Of a stretch of DNA of 64,000 nt, positions 35,896-44,296 are shown in pieces. Positions within the stretch are counted from its first letter, which is position 1. Each line of letters begins with the position of its first letter. Below the pieces are notes generated by a model. That model did not search any database, was not told where the DNA came from, and saw only the letters and a list, made by a program, of their open reading frames with translations. Both the position numbers and the translations under genes were made by a program. Origin of the DNA: an uncultured Acidobacteriota bacterium (lineage in GTDB: Bacteria > Acidobacteriota > Thermoanaerobaculia > Multivoradales > UBA5704). The stretch is from contig CAVWLA010000003.1 in assembly GCA_963755825.1 (NCBI GenBank), forward strand, positions 1,748,240-1,812,239, written 5' to 3'.

Positions 35896-38754
35896 TTAGG
35901 CGAGCCGCCGGCGGCGGGCGAGGAGAGCCGCGCCGAGGACGGCGAGCAGCGCCGCCGCCGACCCGGCGATGGCGAGCTGGCGGCGATGGATGAAGCCCCA
36001 GCTCCGCCCGCCGGGGGCGGGCACCAGGTCGCCATCGCCCAAGACGACGAAGCCGGCCCATGCCGAGGTGGGGATTTCCGGATTCTCGCGGCGGAGGTCG
36101 CGCTGCGCCGCGGCGAGAGCGGCCGAGTAGCTCATCCCCGCGGCGAGATGGCGGTAGAACCACTGGAAGAAGTTCCGCGCCTCGTCGTCCCGCTGCGGCC
36201 AGAGGCTCGCCACCACGACGCTCGCCTTCGCCTCGAAGAAGGCACGAGCGAGCGACAGGACTCCCTCGCCGCGCACCAGCTCACCGCGGGCGCTGCTGCA
36301 GGTCGAGAGCACGACGGCTTGCCCTGGGCGGAGCGGCAGCGCGGCGATCTCCGACGTCCGCAGCAGGCCGTCCTCGCTGGGAGATCCAGGGGACAGCCAG
36401 ATGCCGGCGCTCTCGGGTTCGTGCTCGTCGGCCAGCGAGTGTGTGGCGAAGTGGAGAATGGCGAAGCGCTGCAGGCTCCTGCTCTCGGCCATCTTTTTGA
36501 AGGCGCTCTCCGAGACGTCGTCGCCGACGCGGCGATCACCGCCCAGCGAGTCGACGGCAGTGCGCGCCTCGCTGGCGGCAAACTGCAGCGCCTCGGCCGG
36601 CAGGTCGACGCCTTCGAGCCGCGTGCGCAGGGCGGCATCGGGAAGCGGCGGATTGGCGAGGGCGAGCACCGGCCGGCCACCGGGGAGCGCCTTCTCCTGG
36701 TGCCAGAGCTGCCAGAGGGTGGCGGAGGGCACCTCCGAGAGCAGGAAGCGCTCGCCGAGCGGTGGCCCTGCCGCCAGATGCAGAGCGGCGAAGGGGAGGC
36801 GGCTCAGGGCGTCGTCGGGGACGACGATCAGGTGGTCGATCGCCGCCGGCAGGCCGGCGAGGGCGGGCGCCACGAGCTGCCCGTAGAGGCCGGCGGCGAG
36901 CGCCCTCTCGCGGCTCGTGCCGGGCCCGGAGCCCGCGGCGGCCGCGAGGTACTCGTCGACCGCCGAGCGCATAGCCTGGCGACCCATCCCGCCGAGGCGG
37001 ACCACACGGGGCGGCGCGTCGCGGGTGATGACGACGAGCCAGGAACCGCCACCGAAGTCCCCCGTCCAGTCGTTCCAGGGCGCGACCTGAAACGAGAGCA
37101 GGGCCTCGTTCGCGAGCAGGTGCGCGCGCACTTGAGAGAGGCTCGCGCGAGCCTTGGCGGGCGGTGCCGGGGGCACGGCGCGCTCGGCTTCCACCGCGCG
37201 TTGGTCTCGCCCGAGCGCGGCGAGGTCCTCCGTCGCCTCGCCGCGTTCGCTCGGAGAGAGAGAGGCGTCCCTTGCGCGGTCGGCGACGCGCTTGATCTCC
37301 TTCTCGAGCAGCGAAGCTCGATCGTCCAGCTCCTTCTCGGTCGCCGGGTTTGCGGGCGTTTTCTCGAGCGTCTCGAGCAGCGTCTGCGCGCGCAGGCGCT
37401 CGATGACATCGAACGCTCGCGAGAGGAGATCCGCGTCGTGCCCGGCCGCGGCCGCTAGGAGGTGTCCGGAAGACCAGTAGAACTCGTCCGACCAGGTCGA
37501 AAAGAACCTCGCCTGGCTGTTCCCGCCCTCCTGGCTGCCGCGAAGCGCCTCGATGTCGTGCAGCGCCGCCTCCGTCGCCGCCAGTGCCTCGCCGCGAGAA
37601 CCGCTCCTCCAAGCAGCGCGCATCGCGCTCTCGCGCGCATAGATCGCCGCCCACGGATCGGAGCCGGCGAGCTTGATCGCTTGGTCCGCCGCCGCCTTCG
37701 CCGCCGCCGGATCGCTCGCGGCAAGATTGCGAGCGCGAGCGCCGAAACAGTAGCTGCGATTCATGTTGGCAATTTTCTGCCGCGGATCGAGGCAGGCGTC
37801 GAGATCCGCCTCGGCAGCGGCGCCGCCCAGCAACTCGGCAAGCACATCGTGCTCGGTGCTGGCATTGCTGGAATCGCGCACGGCCTCGGCAACGCGGAGC
37901 GCTCGCTCCATGGCAGCGACCGCCTCGGCACGTGCTTCCGCGCTCGGCAGCACGGCCAGCCTTTCGACCACAACGCGAGCGATCCCGTAGAGGGCGGTCG
38001 ATGCCGCACTATTTTCGGGCTTGTGGCTCGCTAGATCATAGCTGCGCTTGTAAGCGGTCTTTGCCTCGTCGAAGAGACCGAGCTCGAGGGCGACGCTGCC
38101 GAGAGTCGCCTGGCAGTCCTGCTGAACCGCTTTCCCTCCGAGAAGCCCTGGGTACGCCGCCAGCTGCCGATCGACATTCTTCAGGAGAGCTTCGGCACGA
38201 CGCAGCGCCTTGCCGGATCGGAGGTGCTGCTTCGCCTCCAGGATCTTCCGCTTCGCCACGCTGATCGTATCGGTCGCGGAGGCGGAAGCCGCGAGGGCGC
38301 GAGCGGTCTCCAGCTCGACTTCATCGAGAAACTTCTCGCCGTACAGCACGCGGATGAGACTCGTCCGCGCCACCAACTCGCCCGCACGATCCCCTCGCAC
38401 GGCGAAGCCGGCAGCCGCCGATCGATAGCCCACCTCGTCGGTAACAGACGGCGAAGCGTCGGGCTCGAGCAGATGAGTGGTGCTGTAGGAGATCCAGGGA
38501 TGGAGAGGAGCGCTGCCAGGAGCGTGCGCGGCGAGAGCCTGCATGCGGCGAACGATCTCCAGGCCCTTCGCGTCGTCCAGCGGATGATGCTGATCGGGCA
38601 GAGCCTCGAAACACGCTGCCGTCTCCCTGGCTTCGGGGCTCGCGGCGAACCTCTTCTCGCAGCTGGCTACGTCACCGGCCTGCGCCTGCCCAGCCGCGGC
38701 GAGGAGCAGGAGCAGGCCGGCGACGGCGGCATCTCCGGCGGCATTTGGCGTCAC
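35896..38754 (-). CDS. TPR-repeat CHAT-domain (caspase-like) protease with signal peptide and C-terminal membrane anchor
   Basis: 952 aa, GTG start. N-terminal h-region AVAGLLLLLAAAGQAQA. About 500 aa of TPR-like helical repeats. CHAT dyad candidates are His in FAILHFATHS (about residue 772) and Cys in VVLSTCSS (residue 819, codon 36298-36300). C-terminal TM LAIAGSAAALLAVLGAALLA followed by RRRR. Confidence 0.88.
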   Translation of the reverse strand: MTPNAAGDAAVAGLLLLLAAAGQAQAGDVASCEKRFAASPEARETAACFEALPDQHHPLDDAKGLEIVRRMQALAAHAPGSAPLHPWISYSTTHLLEPDASPSVTDEVGYRSAAAGFAVRGDRAGELVARTSLIRVLYGEKFLDEVELETARALAASASATDTISVAKRKILEAKQHLRSGKALRRAEALLKNVDRQLAAYPGLLGGKAVQQDCQATLGSVALELGLFDEAKTAYKRSYDLASHKPENSAASTALYGIARVVVERLAVLPSAEARAEAVAAMERALRVAEAVRDSSNASTEHDVLAELLGGAAAEADLDACLDPRQKIANMNRSYCFGARARNLAASDPAAAKAAADQAIKLAGSDPWAAIYARESAMRAAWRSGSRGEALAATEAALHDIEALRGSQEGGNSQARFFSTWSDEFYWSSGHLLAAAAGHDADLLSRAFDVIERLRAQTLLETLEKTPANPATEKELDDRASLLEKEIKRVADRARDASLSPSERGEATEDLAALGRDQRAVEAERAVPPAPPAKARASLSQVRAHLLANEALLSFQVAPWNDWTGDFGGGSWLVVITRDAPPRVVRLGGMGRQAMRSAVDEYLAAAAGSGPGTSRERALAAGLYGQLVAPALAGLPAAIDHLIVVPDDALSRLPFAALHLAAGPPLGERFLLSEVPSATLWQLWHQEKALPGGRPVLALANPPLPDAALRTRLEGVDLPAEALQFAASEARTAVDSLGGDRRVGDDVSESAFKKMAESRSLQRFAILHFATHSLADEHEPESAGIWLSPGSPSEDGLLRTSEIAALPLRPGQAVVLSTCSSARGELVRGEGVLSLARAFFEAKASVVVASLWPQRDDEARNFFQWFYRHLAAGMSYSAALAAAQRDLRRENPEIPTSAWAGFVVLGDGDLVPAPGGRSWGFIHRRQLAIAGSAAALLAVLGAALLARRRRLA

Positions 38755-38830
38755 GTCATCAGGTTATCCCAATTGCGCAAGAACGGAATGGGGGCGCGTG
38801 TCCTGACTCGCGGCCCCCCAAAACTCTCCG

Positions 38831-38962
38831 CTAGGCGGGGGGTTTGCTTTCGGTCGGCGGCGGCGTCACGCACTGCGCGCCGAGCTGGCCGCCGAGCTGA
38901 ACGGAGTACACGTCCTGGTCAGACGGGTCGTCTGGGCCCAGATCCTCGATTCCATCGAACAT
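38831..38962 (-). CDS. unannotated 43-aa acidic, Pro-rich mini-protein
   Basis: It is too short for the ORF track and was found by hand. GAGGAGGA lies 5 nt upstream of the ATG. The sequence is MFDGIEDLGPDDPSDQDVYSVQLGGQLGAQCVTPPPTESKPPA. Third codon positions are mostly G/C, as in genuine genes here. Confidence 0.5.
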   Translation of the reverse strand: MFDGIEDLGPDDPSDQDVYSVQLGGQLGAQCVTPPPTESKPPA

Positions 38963-39019
38963 CGCGATCCTCCTCGTCGGTTGTGGTGGCGCTGGCCCAC
39001 GGCCGCGCGTCAGCCGGTT

Positions 39020-39283
39020 TCAGCCCCTGAGATCGGGCTTCCGCTCGTTCGCTCTGTCGTCCACCTGAATCGCTGTCCCGCGCGGCACGGACCGCCGCTT
39101 CGGCCGAGTGACCTTGAAGCCGAGGTTCCAAAAGAGGCTGATGGCGTATCTCCTCGGCTTCGGCTGCGGCTTCGGCTTCGGCTCGTTCCGGACCGACACC
39201 ATCTCGACGGACCGCGGGGCGGCCGGGCGCTGCGGGTCGACTGCCTCGTCGCAGTTCTCTTTCTTGTGTACAAAATCGAGCAT
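39020..39283 (-). CDS. 87-aa basic protein with (K/Q)P repeat
   Basis: AAAGGAAGG lies 4 nt upstream of the ATG. G/C-rich third codon positions. EPKPKPQPKPRR is encoded by a hexanucleotide repeat. No family recognised. Confidence 0.55.
   Translation of the reverse strand: MLDFVHKKENCDEAVDPQRPAAPRSVEMVSVRNEPKPKPQPKPRRYAISLFWNLGFKVTRPKRRSVPRGTAIQVDDRANERKPDLRG
39154..39183. repeat. hexanucleotide tandem repeat (TCGGCT-like, 5 units)
   Basis: The plus strand reads tcggct tcggct gcggct tcggct tcggct. It lies in frame inside the 87-aa ORF and encodes PKPKPQPKP on the minus strand. Confidence 0.8.
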
Positions 39284-39400
39284 ACCGCCTTCCTTTCTGT
39301 CTCCGGCCCTGAGGAGTCCCAGGACGATCCCGGGTCTGTGATCAAGAACGAACGAAAGGTGGGTATTCCCTCAACTGGCGCGCGAGGGGCGCGAAATGTT

Positions 39401-40054
39401 TCAGTGCAGGGTGAGATTTCTTACGGAGTAGGCCGTGCGGTGGCCGTCGGAAGAGGTGGCCGTCACCAGCAGGTGGAGCTTGGTCTGCGGCGGATAGATG
39501 GCCAGCTCGTCCGGGAGAATGCTCGCCTTCAGCACGGTGAGCCTGTGCCACTCGGCGACGACGTCTCCGGTCGCCGTGGTGACGACCACGTCGTAGGTGG
39601 CGCCCGGCGTCTCCTGCCAGCTCACGATGGCGTTCTCGCGATCGAGGGCCGGCGCCGCCGCGCTCACGGCGCTGTGCCCGCCGCCGCGCGGAACAGACGC
39701 CGGGCCGCCGAGCATCATCTCCACGATGAGCGCCGCCGCCGCGGCCGCCGACGCGCCCCAGACCGCGAAGCGGGCACGGCGGGACCGCCGCCGCATCTCC
39801 GGTGCCGTCATCGGCTGGTCGGCGACGGTGTCCAGGCCGACGGCCGTGGCGAGGCGCCAGTCCTCGACGCAGGACGGGCAGCCGGCGAGGTGATCGATCA
39901 CGGCGCGGAGCTCCGCCGGCGGCAGCTCGCCGGCGGCGGCGGCCCAGATCGACGCCGACGGCGGGCAGGTGGCGGGCGCCGGCGCGGCGCCCGGCGCGGT
40001 GAATGCCCGCCGCAGCTCGGCGAGCGTTCGGCTGTCGTCGCTCTCGTCCGTCAT
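39401..40054 (-). CDS. anti-sigma factor (zf-HC2 type), single-pass, with periplasmic beta-rich domain
   Basis: ATG at 40054 is in frame with track ORF 39401..40645. Putative zinc motif HLAGCPSC. TM segment FAVWGASAAAAAALIVEMMLGG. A C-terminal domain of about 100 aa. The start overlaps the sigma gene stop (ATGA). Confidence 0.8.
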   Translation of the reverse strand: MTDESDDSRTLAELRRAFTAPGAAPAPATCPPSASIWAAAAGELPPAELRAVIDHLAGCPSCVEDWRLATAVGLDTVADQPMTAPEMRRRSRRARFAVWGASAAAAAALIVEMMLGGPASVPRGGGHSAVSAAAPALDRENAIVSWQETPGATYDVVVTTATGDVVAEWHRLTVLKASILPDELAIYPPQTKLHLLVTATSSDGHRTAYSVRNLTLH

Positions 40055-40590
40055 CTCGTCACCCCCGAGGACTTCAGGCAGCCGCGCAGGTCGGCGAGGC
40101 CTCGATAGACGAGGTTCTCGAGCCGCTTGACGCTCCAGCCGAGGAGCCGCGCCGCCTCCGGCACGCTGTGCCCCATCAGATGCAGGGTTACCGCCAACCG
40201 GCGCGGCCGCACCAGGCGGCCGAGGCAGCCCTGGATGACGGCGCCCAGCTCGCGACCGGCCGCCGCCCGTTCGGGGTCCGGCGCCTCGACCGTCCGCTCG
40301 CCCAGCGCACCGCTCTCCTCCAAGGGCACCTCCCGCCTGCGCCGCAGCCGGCGTATCTCGTCGACCAGGGCGCTGTAGGCCGCCTTCCGCAGATAGAACG
40401 AAGAGAACTCCGCCGTTCCCTCGCTCCGGCGGTGCACCTCGATCACCCGCATGAGGGCGACCTGGACCAGATCCTCGGCGCGGTCGGCGAGCCAGGAGGG
40501 GCAGATGCGGCGAACGGCGGAGGCGAGATCGGCGCGCAGCGCGGCCAGATCGCTCGCGCCGAGAGAAGAACCGGGAATGGGTTGCTCCAC
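40051..40590 (-). CDS. ECF (group IV) RNA polymerase sigma factor
   Basis: 179 aa, GTG start. Sigma-70 region 2 (AEDLVQVALMRVIEVHRR, FSSFYLRKAAYSALVDEIRR) and region 4 HTH (HSVPEAARLLGWSVKRLENLVYRGLADLR). Confidence 0.9.
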   Translation of the reverse strand: MEQPIPGSSLGASDLAALRADLASAVRRICPSWLADRAEDLVQVALMRVIEVHRRSEGTAEFSSFYLRKAAYSALVDEIRRLRRRREVPLEESGALGERTVEAPDPERAAAGRELGAVIQGCLGRLVRPRRLAVTLHLMGHSVPEAARLLGWSVKRLENLVYRGLADLRGCLKSSGVTR

Positions 40591-40730
40591 GGGACCGGGC
40601 GTCTCCAGGGAGCTCGAGGGAGCTCCACGAGAGCGTTTGCGTCAATGATTTGGAGAATCGAGCCTACCATGGAAGGAGGCGGGCCACCGGACCTTCCGCC
40701 TCGGCGACGCCGGGCGCCCGGCCCGCCGCC

Positions 40731-41816
40731 CTACTGCCGCGCCGCCGCCGGCCCTTCGACGAGCCGGAGGGCCGGCCGGCCGAGCTCGATGCCGCGCTCT
40801 GCGAGCGCCGCGAGGAGCGCCAGGTTTACCGCCTGCTGGCGGTCCATGTAGGTGGCGAAATCCGCCGTCAGCACGACGTAGGTGGCCTCGAAGTCGAGCG
40901 TCGCGGCGCCGAGGGTCTTGAGGTGCGCGCGCTCGAAGCGCACCGTCGGCAGCGCCTCGACGATCTGCCGCACCAGCGCCGGGATCTCCGCCGCCGCCGC
41001 GGCGGGGGTGTCGAGGGCGACGCCGAAGGCGAGCGTCACCCGCCGCTCGGCCATGCGCTGAAAGTTGTGGATGCGGCTCTTCAGCAGTTCGCCGTTGGCG
41101 CAGACGACCTGTTCGCCGGTGGGGCTGCGCAGCCGCGTGGTCTTGAGGCCGATGCTCTCGACGACGCCCGAGACGTCGCCGGCGGTGATCGAGTCGCCGA
41201 GGACGAACGGCTTGTCGATGACGATCGAGAGCGAGGCGAAGAGGTCTCCCAGGATGTTCTGCACGGCGAGCGCGACGGCGACGCCGCCGACGCCCAGGCC
41301 GGTCACCAGCGCGGTGACGTTGACCCCCAGATTGTCGAGCGCGAGGAGGAGGAGGAGCGACCAGAGGGCGAGCTTGCCGGCGAAGCGCAGCACCCACACC
41401 GTCGTCGCCGCCGCGGCGTCGGTCGGCAGCCGCCGGCGGCGGTAGCCGGCGACCCAGACGTCGATCCCGATCGACAGCCAGAAGGCGAGCTGCAGGAGGA
41501 TGGCGACGATCGCCGCCGAGCGCAGCAGGTGCTGGCTGATCGGGAAGGCGTCGAGGGCCAGGCTCCCCAGGTAGAGGGCGGGGAAGAAGAGCAGCAGCGA
41601 GCGCGTCTGCCGCAGCAGGTCGACGCCGAAATCCTCGACCCCGAGGCCGCTGGCGCCGGCTCCGGCCATGCGGGCCACCCGGCCGAGCACGACGCGTTTC
41701 AAGACCAGCGCGGCAAGGAAGGCCGCCGCGGCGATGGCGGCGGCGAGCAGCCAGTGGCCGATCGCCTCGCCGAGGAAGGTCGCGGCGAGGAGCCTGGCGA
41801 GCGGCATGACCGTCAT
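40731..41816 (-). CDS. mechanosensitive ion channel, MscS family
   Basis: The start is taken at the internal ATG 41816 so that it does not overlap the divergent gdh gene. TM region, then the MscS beta-domain NILGDLFASLSIVIDKPFVLGDSITAGDVSGVVESIGLKTTRLRSPTGEQV. Confidence 0.85.
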   Translation of the reverse strand: MTVMPLARLLAATFLGEAIGHWLLAAAIAAAAFLAALVLKRVVLGRVARMAGAGASGLGVEDFGVDLLRQTRSLLLFFPALYLGSLALDAFPISQHLLRSAAIVAILLQLAFWLSIGIDVWVAGYRRRRLPTDAAAATTVWVLRFAGKLALWSLLLLLALDNLGVNVTALVTGLGVGGVAVALAVQNILGDLFASLSIVIDKPFVLGDSITAGDVSGVVESIGLKTTRLRSPTGEQVVCANGELLKSRIHNFQRMAERRVTLAFGVALDTPAAAAAEIPALVRQIVEALPTVRFERAHLKTLGAATLDFEATYVVLTADFATYMDRQQAVNLALLAALAERGIELGRPALRLVEGPAAARQ

Positions 41817-42001
41817 CAGGGCCGTCGTTCCTCGCTGGGGTGGGCGTCGGAGCGGGAAGGGGGAGCGAGCGGGTGCAGCGACTTGCGCGCTGAAGCGATA
41901 GAATGCTATCACTCCCTTCGCCCCGGCCGATCCCGCCGCCCATTCGACCACGAGCCATCGAGGCCGCTCCCCAGCCACGGCAACCTTGCCAAGGAAAACC
42001 A

Positions 42002-43417
<1,416 letters not shown>

Positions 43418-43451
43418 CCGCCGCGCGCTGCGGGCGCACCGCCGCGAAGGG

Positions 43452-43480
43452 TTGACCTGCCGCAACCCTTTCGCTACGCT
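43452..43480 (+). promoter_or_regulatory. sigma-70-type promoter for tRNA-Gln
   Basis: TTGACC (43452-43457), 17-nt spacer, TACGCT (43475-43480). Lies 14 nt upstream of the tRNA. Confidence 0.5.
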
Positions 43481-43494
43481 TCGTGAGCCTCTGC

Positions 43495-43568
43495 TGGGAG
43501 GTCGTTCAATGGTAGGACATGCGGCTCTGGACCGCAGAATCGGGGTTCGAGTCCCTGCCTCCCAGCCA
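43495..43568 (+). tRNA. tRNA-Gln (anticodon CTG), CCA encoded
   Basis: Acceptor TGGGAGG/CCTCCCA, D stem GTTC/GGAC, anticodon stem TGCGG/CCGCA with loop CTCTGGA, T arm CGGGG-TTCGAGT-CCCTG, discriminator G, then CCA. Confidence 0.9.
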
Positions 43569-43733
43569 ATCTATAGCGCCCGCCGTTAAAAAACCTCTCT
43601 CCTCCCTCGGTCCCCGAGCGCCCTCGTTTTCGGCGCGGATGCGGACGCGCCGTCCTCTCACCTTCGGCATCAATCTGCGCCGTCGCACGACCAGCACGCC
43701 GGGCTCGGGTGACGCGGGCATCCAGCCAGCCGG

Positions 43734-44165
43734 CTAGATGCTGATGCTGTACTTCGCCGAGCCGCCGACCGGGAGCTTCAAGGTCTGCAGGGCGAGCGGG
43801 ATGGTGCCGTCGACAGTCGAGGTGGCGAGGAAGACGGTGCCGCTGACGTTGTAGTCGATCAGGCCGGGGGTCTCGTTGAGGATGGTGACGGTGACGGTGT
43901 GGGGGCCGGGGGCGGGGAAGGTGCCCTGGGCTCCCTCGATGAGGCAGGTGCCGATGCAGCCGCCGATGCTCGACCAGTCGCTGCGGCCGATCTCCCGGCC
44001 GTCGAAGGAGACGGAGGCGGCGAGCAGGCTGCCGGTGCTGAAGGTATCGAGGAGCACGTTCACCGCGAGCTGACTCTGCGGAGCCGTCGGATTGGACTTG
44101 GAGCTGCTCCCACAGGCGAGGAGGACGAGGAGCGGGAGGGCGGCGGCGCAGCGGACGATTTTCAT
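43734..44165 (-). CDS. lipoprotein, unknown function (beta-sandwich-like)
   Basis: ATG at 44165 is in frame with track ORF 43734..45032. Lipobox LLACG in MKIVRCAAALPLLVLLACGSS. The mature part is rich in T/S/G/V. Confidence 0.65.
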   Translation of the reverse strand: MKIVRCAAALPLLVLLACGSSSKSNPTAPQSQLAVNVLLDTFSTGSLLAASVSFDGREIGRSDWSSIGGCIGTCLIEGAQGTFPAPGPHTVTVTILNETPGLIDYNVSGTVFLATSTVDGTIPLALQTLKLPVGGSAKYSISI

Positions 44166-44296
44166 CGGGATCCCCCTTCCAGAGCGGGCCGGCGGGGCCG
44201 TCGAAGCCCCGCGCCGCCCCGAGTTGCAGATCTCTAGAGTACGCCGAAACGGCAGGGAGGGCTCGGGCGGCTGGAGCGCTGCGGCCGCGAGCCGTT

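Noticed and set aside
35048-36163. 371-aa minus-strand ORF overlapping the thioesterase gene and the CHAT 3' end.
   Set aside because: It is antisense to a well-supported thioesterase and has Arg/Gly/Pro-rich artefact composition.
38919-39345. Alternative frames in the small-ORF region: the 70-aa ORF 38919..39131 and the 111-aa ORF 39010..39345.
   Set aside because: Neither has a Shine-Dalgarno sequence; the 111-aa ORF starts at a TTG with none upstream. Both have Arg/Ser-rich off-frame composition, such as RSRSRSRSR across the hexamer repeat. They overlap the 87-aa and 43-aa ORFs, which do have strong ribosome-binding sites. This is not fully excluded without comparative data.
39342-39373. 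ECF-type promoter GGAAT ... CGTT upstream of the 87-aa ORF.
   Set aside because: The spacing between the GGAAT and the nearest usable CGTT is only 10-14 nt. Well-studied ECF promoters have about 16-17 nt. I kept only the weaker observation of a shared 8-mer as a finding.
40591-40730. Autoregulatory promoter upstream of the ECF sigma gene.
   Set aside because: A TTGACG hexamer is present on the minus strand, but no acceptable -10 lies at 16-18 nt. I found no convincing GGAAC/CGT pair either. The promoter location stays unresolved.
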